A stretch of DNA of 43,765 nucleotides from a virus: UHGV virus genome UHGV-0479438; one strand, written 5' to 3'. Made by a program: the position numbers and the translations under genes. Below, piece by piece: positions 7,922 through 15,739 of the stretch. The notes below the pieces were generated by a model. That model did not search any database and had not been told where the DNA came from. It saw only the letters and a list, made by a program, of their open reading frames with translations. Each line of letters begins with the position of its first letter. Position 1 is the stretch's first letter.

Positions 7922-9139
7922 ATGTTAAGCCCTGAGTACCTTGCAAGAATCGCAGAAGGAAGCGAAGAAATAGCCTCACAGCTCCATACATACATTATCC
8001 GTCAGATAATAGACCGCATGATGATACGCATAGGCCGTGGCGATGATTACCTGCTCACCTCCTCTGACCGATGGCGCATACAGATATTGCAGGATGCAGG
8101 ATATCTGCTGGAGGACATAACGGTAGAGTTATCCAAAATCACTAAGCGGCAGGAAAAAGAAATCAAGGGCGCAATGGAAGAAGCGGGAGTCAAGGCCCTG
8201 GAATACGACCATAAAATATATGAAGCTGCTGGTTTGTCTCCAATTCCTCTTACTCAATCTCCGCAGCTTATCAGACTGATGGAGCGGAACATGGATGCAA
8301 CAATGGGAGAGTGGGAAAACTATACCAGAACGACCGCAGAAGCTGCACAAAGGCTTTTTATTAATGAATGCGACAATGCCTACCACCTTGTATCTTCTGG
8401 GGCTGTATCTTACACACAGTCCGTCAAAGAGGCAGTTAATAATGTGGTATCGGGAGGAGTGATAGTACACTATCCTTCGGGCCATAAAGACACCATAGAA
8501 ACTGCTACGGCGCGCGCAGTACGTACCGGAGTAGCCCAGGCCACGGGAGATATATCTATTAAGCGCATGGAGGAAATGGACTGGGATATCATACTGGTGT
8601 CGGCGCACATCGGGGCCAGAACCGGTGACGGAGGGCAGAATCCGGGCAATCATTTATGGTGGCAAGGGCAGTTTTATAGCAGGACTGGAAAGGATAAGCG
8701 CTTTCCTCCATTTTCCCAGACTGGATACGGAACAGGTGAAGGGTTATGTGGATGGAACTGCCGTCACTCATTCGGTAGCGGTGATGGGGTAAACAATCCA
8801 TATAAAGACATCCAAACCGCAGACAATTACAAGGTTGAGCAGCTGGAGAAGCGACAGAGAACGCTTGAACGGCGCATCAGAAAGACCAAACGCGAAGTCA
8901 TGGGGATGCAGGAGGCCGTAGATAAATGTAAGGATGAACCGGCTAAATTTGAAATGCAGCTTGACCTTGGCCGAAAGTCGTATCTGTTACAGCGGCAGAA
9001 TAAAGCATACAACGAATTTTGCACAGAGAACAACTTGCGCACCCAACAGGAACGGTTGCAGATTGCAAAATGGAACCGGGAGCAGGCGGCAAAGGATAGG
9101 GGCGCAGCGCGGCGGTATCAGAATGCGAAAGGGGAATGA
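7922..9139 (+). CDS. head morphogenesis / minor capsid protein
   Basis: 405 aa after the portal with RBS AAGAAGGAAGAG. C-terminal coiled-coil and Arg-rich tail. Assigned by synteny. Confidence 0.5.
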   Translation: MLSPEYLARIAEGSEEIASQLHTYIIRQIIDRMMIRIGRGDDYLLTSSDRWRIQILQDAGYLLEDITVELSKITKRQEKEIKGAMEEAGVKALEYDHKIYEAAGLSPIPLTQSPQLIRLMERNMDATMGEWENYTRTTAEAAQRLFINECDNAYHLVSSGAVSYTQSVKEAVNNVVSGGVIVHYPSGHKDTIETATARAVRTGVAQATGDISIKRMEEMDWDIILVSAHIGARTGDGGQNPGNHLWWQGQFYSRTGKDKRFPPFSQTGYGTGEGLCGWNCRHSFGSGDGVNNPYKDIQTADNYKVEQLEKRQRTLERRIRKTKREVMGMQEAVDKCKDEPAKFEMQLDLGRKSYLLQRQNKAYNEFCTENNLRTQQERLQIAKWNREQAAKDRGAARRYQNAKGE

Positions 9140-9672
9140 TTATGGATGAGGTATGGAAAGATATACCCGGTTATGAGGGATTGTACCAGGTGAGTAATTT
9201 AGGGCGAGTTAAAAGCTTTCGAGGGAGTGCAAAATTTGGGAAGCCCGAAGAACTGATTTTAAAACCATCTTTAATTAATTCCGGGTATCATGTTGTAACG
9301 CTTTATTCCAAGAACCGAGAAAAACATAAATTTCAAGTTCATAGGCTTGTGGCAGAAACTTTTATTGATAACCCCAATAGTTTTCCGTGCGTTAATCACA
9401 AGGATGAGGATAAATTAAATAACTGTGTTTCAAACCTTGAATGGTGTACATATCAGTACAACAATAATTATGGAACCGCAAGAATACGAGCTGTTGAGAG
9501 TACAAGGAAAGCTATCATGCAAATGACATTAGATGGAATCCCTATTGCTACATATCGCTCTGTCACAATAGCTTCTGAATTACTAAAGTATTCTCCGTCA
9601 AGTTTACGAAAATGGTGTGATTCTGGCATTGGAGGAGGATATAAATGGAGGTACAGCAATGAACCGATTTAA
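9136..9672 (+). CDS. HNH endonuclease with NUMOD4 motif
   Basis: N-terminal WKDIPGYEGLYQVSNLGRVKS matches NUMOD4. HNH-type His and Asn residues follow (HRLVAETF...NHKD...NLEW). Confidence 0.7.
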   Translation: MIMDEVWKDIPGYEGLYQVSNLGRVKSFRGSAKFGKPEELILKPSLINSGYHVVTLYSKNREKHKFQVHRLVAETFIDNPNSFPCVNHKDEDKLNNCVSNLEWCTYQYNNNYGTARIRAVESTRKAIMQMTLDGIPIATYRSVTIASELLKYSPSSLRKWCDSGIGGGYKWRYSNEPI

Positions 9673-10042
9673 GTATTATAACCCAAATCCCTCTAAAGGA
9701 AAAAGAGTCGGTGACTGCCCCATCCGGGCTATAACCAAAGCCCTAGATAGCGACTGGGAAACGGTATTTGCCGGAGTGACTGTATGTGCGTGTGCTCTAT
9801 CTGATATGCCATCAGCCAATCATGTGTGGGGTGCATACCTACGTCAAAATGGGTTTAAACGGTACATAGTGAATGACCACGGACAAGATGTTTACACGGT
9901 TGATGACTTTTGCCAGGATAATCCTATAGGAACGTACATCTTAGCAATTACAGGGCATGTGGTGTGTGTGCAGGATGGTTATTACTGGGATACATGGGAC
10001 AGCGGGCAGGAGATACCAATATACTACTGGGAAAGGCGATAA
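9659..10042 (+). CDS. hypothetical protein with Cys...His dyad (possible papain/NlpC-like fold)
   Basis: In-frame ATG with RBS GGAGGT. Cys in GDCPIRAI and His in ITGHVVCV. The function call is weak. Confidence 0.45.
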   Translation: MNRFKYYNPNPSKGKRVGDCPIRAITKALDSDWETVFAGVTVCACALSDMPSANHVWGAYLRQNGFKRYIVNDHGQDVYTVDDFCQDNPIGTYILAITGHVVCVQDGYYWDTWDSGQEIPIYYWERR

Positions 10043-10043
10043 C

Positions 10044-10349
10044 ATGGACATAATGGAATTTGGAAAAACGGTTTTGGCAATATTTGGAGCGATATCTGTT
10101 TTAGGTGGTGGGTTTGCTGTAATACATAAATGGATATCTCCTGCCATTAAAATGAATAAGCGTGTAGAGATATTAGAGGAACATGATAGACGAGATTACG
10201 ATGTCATGAAGAAGTATGCCGAAAGAGATTCGCTAATTCTTGAAGTATTGCTAACGATGCTTGACAGCCAAATCGCGGGGCCTGGAAGCAACCTTGAACA
10301 GTTAAAAAAAACGAGAGAAAAACTTATTTTGTATCTTGCGCAGAAATAA
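10044..10349 (+). CDS. small membrane-anchored protein
   Basis: In frame with track ORF 9957..10349. N-terminal transmembrane segment (VLAIFGAISVLGGGFAVI), then a charged helical tail. Confidence 0.4.
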   Translation: MDIMEFGKTVLAIFGAISVLGGGFAVIHKWISPAIKMNKRVEILEEHDRRDYDVMKKYAERDSLILEVLLTMLDSQIAGPGSNLEQLKKTREKLILYLAQK

Positions 10350-10363
10350 TAAGAGGTGTGTTT

Positions 10364-10600
10364 TTGAAGGTATATGACTTTACGGTATTAGAATTAAATT
10401 GTTTCCGTGTATACTGCAATTTTACAAATGATGAACATCAATTATTTGAATTGCGCGCACAGAATATATCTTTGGAACAATGCGCAGAGCGGATGAATAT
10501 TAGTATATCTACGGCAAAGAGATTGAGCCGAAAAGTCAATAATAAAATCATAAGGGTGTGTAATAGAATTACTCCATATATAGATAACAGAAAAAAATAA
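10364..10600 (+). CDS. sigma-70 region-4-like HTH protein (ArpU/RinA-like late regulator candidate)
   Basis: Motif LSLEQCAERMNISISTAKRLSRK is a region-4-type HTH. TTG start sits 7 nt after AAGAGG. Confidence 0.45.
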   Translation: MKVYDFTVLELNCFRVYCNFTNDEHQLFELRAQNISLEQCAERMNISISTAKRLSRKVNNKIIRVCNRITPYIDNRKK

Positions 10601-10692
10601 TACTTTTATGATACTTTTATAAGTCTTTGACGAACTGTCAGAGGCTTATTTTTTATGGGATAATTGGATTATAAAAGAACGGAGGGGATATA

Positions 10693-11163
10693 ATGCCGCA
10701 ACCATTTATCAATCCAAACTATCTGAATACATATCCAAACGCATACCCATATCAACCACAGATGCAACCACCTATGGACCGATTGCAGCAGCTACAGGCA
10801 CCATACCAGATGCCGCAACAGACGCAGGTACCACAGGTCCCGCAGACCAACCAGGGAATATTATGGGTGCAGGGTGAGGCCGGCGCAAAGTCGTATTTAG
10901 TAGCGCCCAGCACATCTATATTGCTGATGGACAGCGAAAATGAGTATTTTTATATTAAAACAACCGATGCGGCAGGAATGCCAACACTTCGCACTTTTGA
11001 ATATAAAGAGATTGTCAATGGGCAGAAGAAGGAATCTGCATCGGCTGAAAATCTGGATGAAAAGTATGTTACCAGAAACGAGTATCAGGATTTAAAGGCA
11101 AAATATGATGAATTATATGGCCTTTTAGAATCCAGCACAGCGCCAAGCGGAAAGGGGAAATAA
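10693..11163 (+). CDS. hypothetical protein, Pro/Gln/Tyr-rich N-terminus
   Basis: RBS GGAGGGGATATA. PYQPQMQPP...PQQTQVPQVPQT low-complexity head plus a globular C-terminal half. Confidence 0.5.
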   Translation: MPQPFINPNYLNTYPNAYPYQPQMQPPMDRLQQLQAPYQMPQQTQVPQVPQTNQGILWVQGEAGAKSYLVAPSTSILLMDSENEYFYIKTTDAAGMPTLRTFEYKEIVNGQKKESASAENLDEKYVTRNEYQDLKAKYDELYGLLESSTAPSGKGK

Positions 11164-11166
11164 TAT

Positions 11167-11415
11167 ATGAATCCATTATTTAGCATGTTGGGCGGCGGCT
11201 CACCAATGGGCGGCATGATGCCTGGAATGGGCGGGGGAAACAACCCAATGCAGATGATTCAAAAGTTTATGGAATTTAAGAACAATTTCAAAGGGAACCC
11301 CCAGGAAGAAGTGCAGAAGATGCTACAATCTGGGCAGATAACTCAACAGCAGTTAGACCAAGCCCAGCAGATGGCACAGCAGTTTCAGCAGATGCTTGGA
11401 GGCATGAAAAAATAG
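11167..11415 (+). CDS. hypothetical Gly/Met/Gln-rich small protein
   Basis: MLGGGSPMGGMMPGMGGGNNPMQM... followed by a Q-rich helix. Confidence 0.45.
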   Translation: MNPLFSMLGGGSPMGGMMPGMGGGNNPMQMIQKFMEFKNNFKGNPQEEVQKMLQSGQITQQQLDQAQQMAQQFQQMLGGMKK

Positions 11416-11468
11416 TACATAAATCAATGCGCATGATTTTGTAAATAAAATTAAAGGAGTAAATATTT

Positions 11469-12176
11469 ATGGAAAGTGGTTACTCTTTAGCGGACATTGC
11501 AGCCGCTACAGGAAACAATAACAGAAATGGTGACGGCATGTGGGGCGACTGGATTTGGATTATCGTTCTCTTCCTTTTCGCCGGGGGAGGCTGGGGCAAT
11601 GGCTTCGGCGGAAACGGTGCAAATGGCGCAGGACTCCAGGGTCTTGCAACCAGAGCAGATATCAATGAGGGCTTTGCTTTGAATGGTATAGAAAACGGAA
11701 TTAGAGGTATCCAGCAGGGTATCTGTGACAGCACATACGCACTAAACAACACTATCACCAGCGGATTCAACGGTGTTGACCGCAGCTTATGCCAGATGGG
11801 CTATCAGCTCCAGGATTGCTGCTGCCAGACACAGCGCGCAATTGACGGCGTAAACTACAATCTGGCTACACAATCATGTGATACCAGAAATACAATCCAG
11901 AACGCAACAAGGGATTTACTGGATAACAACAACAGCAACACCAGGGCTATCCTTGACTTCTTGACTCAGGACAAGATTTCCAGCCTCCAGGCAGAAAATC
12001 AGACTCTTAGGTTCCAGGCAAGCCAGACTGCCCAGAACGGCTTTATTGATGCAGTTGGTAACACTATCGTTGCACAGCTTCGTCAGCCGCAGCCTGTACC
12101 GTCTTACACGGTCCCTGCACCATATCCATACGCATCTAACTGCGGTTGTGGATGCAACAATGGATGCGGATGCTAA
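11469..12176 (+). CDS. hypothetical membrane-anchored Gly/Asn/Cys-rich protein
   Basis: Transmembrane segment WIWIIVLFLFAGGGWG. CCC motif. C-terminus NCGCGCNNGCGC. Confidence 0.5.
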   Translation: MESGYSLADIAAATGNNNRNGDGMWGDWIWIIVLFLFAGGGWGNGFGGNGANGAGLQGLATRADINEGFALNGIENGIRGIQQGICDSTYALNNTITSGFNGVDRSLCQMGYQLQDCCCQTQRAIDGVNYNLATQSCDTRNTIQNATRDLLDNNNSNTRAILDFLTQDKISSLQAENQTLRFQASQTAQNGFIDAVGNTIVAQLRQPQPVPSYTVPAPYPYASNCGCGCNNGCGC

Positions 12177-12382
12177 ATCGGAACGAGCAGTTTTACGATA
12201 ATCTTGCCCTATATGCAACAGCATTACAAATGATTGATGTGTTTTTGCTTTTAGGAGAAGCTTCCAATAATGATATTATGGAAGCGCTTCAACAGCAAAA
12301 TAAAGAATACATGGAAAAGATTATCGACCAGAACAACCGCATATTGCGTATCTTGTCCGAAAAGGACATGTCTACTGAATAG
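12146..12382 (+). CDS. doubtful small ORF (possible start at in-frame ATG 12230)
   Basis: Overlaps the previous gene by 30 nt and has no clear RBS. Confidence 0.25.
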   Translation: MWMQQWMRMLNRNEQFYDNLALYATALQMIDVFLLLGEASNNDIMEALQQQNKEYMEKIIDQNNRILRILSEKDMSTE

Positions 12383-12447
12383 TAGTATTACACACATGGA
12401 GGGGTAGGCACAGGCTTGCCCTTCTGTGCATATAAGGAGGAATTATT

Positions 12448-12846
12448 ATGGCAGATTTTGTAACTGCTGGTACACAGACCGTTGAAGTCAATGCAAGTGT
12501 TTTGTTTGCAGCAAACCGGATATATTCTTGCAATTGTCCAAACATAAGACATGAGCCACTTTCTGGGAGAGTAGTTTTACTTCCTGGCCTGTACCGTGTA
12601 GGATTTAACGGAAACTTTTCCGCAGCTGCGGCAGGAGATGTAATTTTTGAAATACAGCAGGACGGCGAAGGTATTCCCGGTGCAAGAATCCAGAACACAG
12701 TTGCCGCCGGCGCAACAATCAATGGAGCGGCAACTGTAGAAGTAAGGGTGTGCAAACCATGTTGCGCTACCCTATCGGTAAAAAACGTTGGAGCCACAGC
12801 GGCGACGGTATCAGACGCTAACCTTGTTGTTAGCAGAATAGGTTAA
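12448..12846 (+). CDS. hypothetical Gly/Ala-rich beta-type protein
   Basis: Strong RBS TAAGGAGGAATTATT. 132 aa. Confidence 0.55.
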   Translation: MADFVTAGTQTVEVNASVLFAANRIYSCNCPNIRHEPLSGRVVLLPGLYRVGFNGNFSAAAAGDVIFEIQQDGEGIPGARIQNTVAAGATINGAATVEVRVCKPCCATLSVKNVGATAATVSDANLVVSRIG

Positions 12847-12858
12847 GGGGGGAAGGCT

Positions 12859-13398
12859 ATGAGTTATAAGATGATGCAGAATATCCACGAAGAGCTGGAT
12901 AAGATTGCGGAAAAGGGCCTGAACACTAGCAACCTTGAAACCGCATACAAACTGATTGACATGTGGAAAGACATGGAGAATGTGGAGTACTGGAAATGCA
13001 AGGAAGAGTACTACAATCAGGTAATGGACGAAATGGATGGCGGAGAATATAGTGAAGCGCGCCGCAAGCGTGACAGCATGGGACGTTATAGCCGTGCTGA
13101 TGGAATGTCACCAGACTATGATAATGACAGCTCATACCGTGGGACGCGTGGAAAGCACTATGTCAGAGGACACTACAGCCGCGCGACTGGACCGGCCTAT
13201 GATGACTACATGAACCAGAAACAGAGCTACAGAACTGGCGGAAAGGATGAGGATTGCAAGCGGCGTATGCTTGCAGCCCTGGAAGAGCATATGGACGAAT
13301 TGACTGAGGAATTAGGAGAAATGTCCAAAGATGCTGACTGCCGGGAAGAAAGAGAAACCATGAAAAGGTATATTGAAAAGCTTCGTAATATGATGTAA
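12859..13398 (+). CDS. hypothetical acidic Tyr/Arg-rich protein
   Basis: RBS AAGGGGGGAAGG. Repeated YSRA / YRGTRGKHY motifs and a D/E-rich C-terminus. Followed by a terminator. Confidence 0.55.
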   Translation: MSYKMMQNIHEELDKIAEKGLNTSNLETAYKLIDMWKDMENVEYWKCKEEYYNQVMDEMDGGEYSEARRKRDSMGRYSRADGMSPDYDNDSSYRGTRGKHYVRGHYSRATGPAYDDYMNQKQSYRTGGKDEDCKRRMLAALEEHMDELTEELGEMSKDADCREERETMKRYIEKLRNMM

Positions 13399-13404
13399 TA
13401 AATT

Positions 13405-13432
13405 GGCGGCGGGAAAAGTCCTGCCGCCTTTT
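13405..13432 (+). terminator. rho-independent terminator (GGCGGCGGG-AAAAGT-CCTGCCGCC-TTTT)
   Basis: GC-rich stem plus T-run right after the stop at 13398. Also lies downstream of the convergent minus-strand gene ending at 13455. Confidence 0.5.
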
Positions 13433-13454
13433 AACTGTATTATAAACGAAATCA

Positions 13455-13937
13455 CTAATTGCTTTTTCGCTCATTGTACCATTTTAAAAAATCTCCAAAT
13501 ATCTGATTTTCGGCAGTTTCACGCGCTTTAATAGCCTCTTGTTTGTCTGCAAAGCTCCCAAGATAAAAGCGTTTTCCTTGAAAGTATATGTAAGCAATCC
13601 AAGTATCTGATTTACCTTTTTGGCGATGCAAAGATACTCCTCTATGCCCAGACGATGTATTTGACTGGGGCTTTTTAGAGGTAATGCGGGATATGTTTGT
13701 TCCTAAAACTTGACCGACCTTATCAGGCAATGGCCTGTTTTTAAGATTCCTGGCTTTATAGCAACCACATGAAATAATTTCACCACCAGTGACCAGACCA
13801 ATACGCCTTATAATGTGATTCCCGCATAGGATGCATTCAAATTCCCACAAATAGCTCCCGTTCTTCTTATTTCCGGTACACCTAATTGCCTTAAGATATC
13901 CATATGTTTGTCCCGATATATCTTTTTTTGGTGCCAT
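13455..13937 (-). CDS. AP2-domain / HNH-type endonuclease-like protein
   Basis: Cys cluster CxxC...CGC. C-terminal GHRGVSLHRQKGKSDTWIAYIYFQGKRFYLGSFADKQEAIKARE is an AP2-type DNA-binding domain, as found in phage homing endonucleases. Confidence 0.55.
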   Translation of the reverse strand: MAPKKDISGQTYGYLKAIRCTGNKKNGSYLWEFECILCGNHIIRRIGLVTGGEIISCGCYKARNLKNRPLPDKVGQVLGTNISRITSKKPQSNTSSGHRGVSLHRQKGKSDTWIAYIYFQGKRFYLGSFADKQEAIKARETAENQIFGDFLKWYNERKSN

Positions 13938-13945
13938 ACTATCTC

Positions 13946-14191
13946 CTATATTAAATCACTCACCTCGCAGCCAAGGGCCCTTTCTCCGGATTCAAATTTT
14001 TGTATTTGGCGGATATTCATTCCCGCAGAGTCGGCCACCTGCTGCTGGGTCATCCCGGATAGGGAACGTTGATACAACAGTTTATTGATATTATTGTTAT
14101 GGCAATCCCTGCCGTAACTGGATGCGGAGCAGGCCCCACAAAGTCCATCTGTCCTAATACAATCTGGGTATCTTCTCATGATTTCCTCCAT
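13946..14191 (-). CDS. XRE-family HTH protein with Cys-rich N-terminus
   Basis: LSGMTQQQVADSAGMNIRQIQKFESGE is a classic HTH_3 motif. Start overlaps the upstream stop (ATGA coupling). Confidence 0.55.
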   Translation of the reverse strand: MEEIMRRYPDCIRTDGLCGACSASSYGRDCHNNNINKLLYQRSLSGMTQQQVADSAGMNIRQIQKFESGERALGCEVSDLI

Positions 14192-14520
14192 TATTTTATG
14201 ATATACAGCACTTCCGCATCTTTTAAAATAACTTCCCCCGCATCAAAACCGTACTCGTAGTTATAGCCTCCAATCAGAGCAATGTAGGAACCAAAATATC
14301 CGTTACCCTTAAGAGATTCGGCGGCTTCTGGGGCGTTTAAATCAATGGCGCATACACCGTTCAGTTCTTCGTCTGTTTCCTCTTCGTCAATCCACACCTT
14401 CGATTTATGGTCCATAGGTCCAGGTTCAAATGGCAGTTCTTGAATGCGGATTCCAAACCTACTATATTTAATATCCCAATCGTTGCTATCTATCATTTCT
14501 TTTAACTCGGCTACTGTCAT
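14191..14520 (-). CDS. hypothetical acidic protein, first gene of the minus-strand cassette
   Basis: 109 aa, translationally coupled to the HTH gene. No recognisable domain. Confidence 0.5.
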   Translation of the reverse strand: MTVAELKEMIDSNDWDIKYSRFGIRIQELPFEPGPMDHKSKVWIDEEETDEELNGVCAIDLNAPEAAESLKGNGYFGSYIALIGGYNYEYGFDAGEVILKDAEVLYIIK

Positions 14521-14592
14521 TGTTTTTATCCCCTTTCTTTATCACTGATTATATTATACGCCCAAAAGGGCGTAAAGTCATTGGTATATTTA

Positions 14593-14631
14593 AAATGTGG
14601 GGACGATTATTTTCTGGGAATACGGTAAAAT
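14593..14631 (+). promoter_or_regulatory. late-promoter-like element, copy 2: AAATGTGGGGACGATT, then 17 nt, then TAAAAT
   Basis: The 16-nt motif is identical to copy 1. This copy sits in the divergent intergenic region right after the minus-strand cassette. Confidence 0.45.
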
Positions 14632-14662
14632 GGGAGTAGGAATAAGCAGAAAGGGTGAAAAC

Positions 14663-14848
14663 ATGGTAAAAGACAGTTGGGTGTACTGCCCTATATGTAA
14701 CAATAAAACCCGGACTAAAATACGACTAGATACGGTTGCGAAAAACCTCCCCGTATTTTGCCCTGTATGCAAGAATACATCCATAATGAATATTGCAAAA
14801 GGAAAAGCAAGTGATTTAGATAAAAGTGGTTTATCACCTGCAACATAA
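14663..14848 (+). CDS. cysteine-rich KTR-type zinc-ribbon protein
   Basis: CPICNNKTRTK...CPVCKN. ATG follows AAAGGGTGAAAAC. In frame with track ORF 14597..14848. Confidence 0.5.
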   Translation: MVKDSWVYCPICNNKTRTKIRLDTVAKNLPVFCPVCKNTSIMNIAKGKASDLDKSGLSPAT

Positions 14849-14851
14849 CTT

Positions 14852-14877
14852 TAGAGCCAGACGCCAGACGCAGAGCC
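14852..14877 (+). repeat. conserved 26-nt element TAGAGCCAGACGCCAGACGCAGAGCC (copy 1)
   Basis: Matches 19165-19191 apart from one inserted base. Begins 3 nt after the stop codon. Its 3' end forms the 5' arm of the terminator that follows. Confidence 0.5.
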
Positions 14878-14916
14878 AAACAGATTACAGCAATGTAGTT
14901 TGTTTGGCTTTTTCTT
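14875..14916 (+). terminator. rho-independent terminator (GCCAAACA...TGTTTGGC + TTTTTCTT)
   Basis: 8-bp stem plus T-run. Confidence 0.5.
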
Positions 14917-15115
14917 ATATTTGACCTCCCTCCTATAGCACATGTCCTTAAAAGAAACAGGTTCTAGCGCATAGCGTGAACAGCCTGGAGGTTGAAAAGC
15001 GGATGCAATTTCCGGCATGTGCGTTTTTGGACAAGTCAAGTCCTACAAAATGGCAACCGTTGGTGGACGGTTACACACCTACAAATAACCTAATAACGGA
15101 AAAGGAGAATCATCA

Positions 15116-15739
15116 ATGAAAACCGAAGAATTAAAAGCACAGGGATTGACAGAGGAACAGATATCATTTGTCATGGCTGAAAATGGAAAAGACCTCAAAA
15201 AGTTGCAGAAAGAAAACGACAATCTGAGCGTGGACCGGGACACCTGGAAAGAGAAAGCAGAAGCGGCAGAAACAACGCTTAAAGGCTTTGAAGGGGTTGA
15301 CCTGGAGACGATGCAGAAAGAACTGTCTGACTGGAAACAGAAAGCTACAGAAGCCGAAAAGAGCGCCCAGGCACAGCTTTATGAACGTGATTTTGCAGAT
15401 GCTCTTAAAACAGAATTTGAGGGTATTAAGTTTTCCAGCGAAGCGGCTAAACGTGCAATCATGGCAGAAGTAAAAGAGGCCGGATTAAAGCTGAAGGATG
15501 GTAAAATTCTGGGGCTGAATGACCTTATAGGCCAAATGAAAGAAAAGGATGCTTCGGCATTTATTGATGATGCGCAGCAACAGGCACAGCGGAACATGGC
15601 GAGGTTTACCGCACCATTGGGTAAGCAGAATGCGCCAGGAACTATGACACGAAAGGATATTGAAGCGATTAAAGACCCATCAGAGCGTCAGTCTGCAATC
15701 GCCAGTAACCTACATTTGTTTGGTAAAGGAGAACAGTAA
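15116..15739 (+). CDS. scaffolding protein
   Basis: Coiled-coil, K/E-rich 207-aa protein directly upstream of the major capsid gene, joined by an ATG overlap. RBS AAAGGAGAATC. Confidence 0.55.
   Translation: MKTEELKAQGLTEEQISFVMAENGKDLKKLQKENDNLSVDRDTWKEKAEAAETTLKGFEGVDLETMQKELSDWKQKATEAEKSAQAQLYERDFADALKTEFEGIKFSSEAAKRAIMAEVKEAGLKLKDGKILGLNDLIGQMKEKDASAFIDDAQQQAQRNMARFTAPLGKQNAPGTMTRKDIEAIKDPSERQSAIASNLHLFGKGEQ

Noticed and set aside
8129-8653. 174-aa minus-strand ORF, and similar antisense ORFs at 21276-21788, 22671-23192, 24098-24772 and 25199-25757
   Set aside because: They are fully embedded antisense to long, well-supported structural genes (head morphogenesis, tape measure, tail fibre). 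They have no RBS and are typical spurious ORFs from low-complexity sequence.
12146-12382. 78-aa ORF overlapping the end of the Cys-rich gene
   Set aside because: It overlaps by 30 nt and has no RBS. The internal ATG at 12230 also lacks an RBS. It is listed only at low confidence.
14191-14520. Calling the 109-aa/HTH pair a RelE/HigB-type toxin-antitoxin
   Set aside because: The gene arrangement fits, but the 109-aa protein shows no RelE/ParE-like motifs. It is acidic and probably not a ribonuclease of that fold. It is kept only as a hypothesis in the findings.
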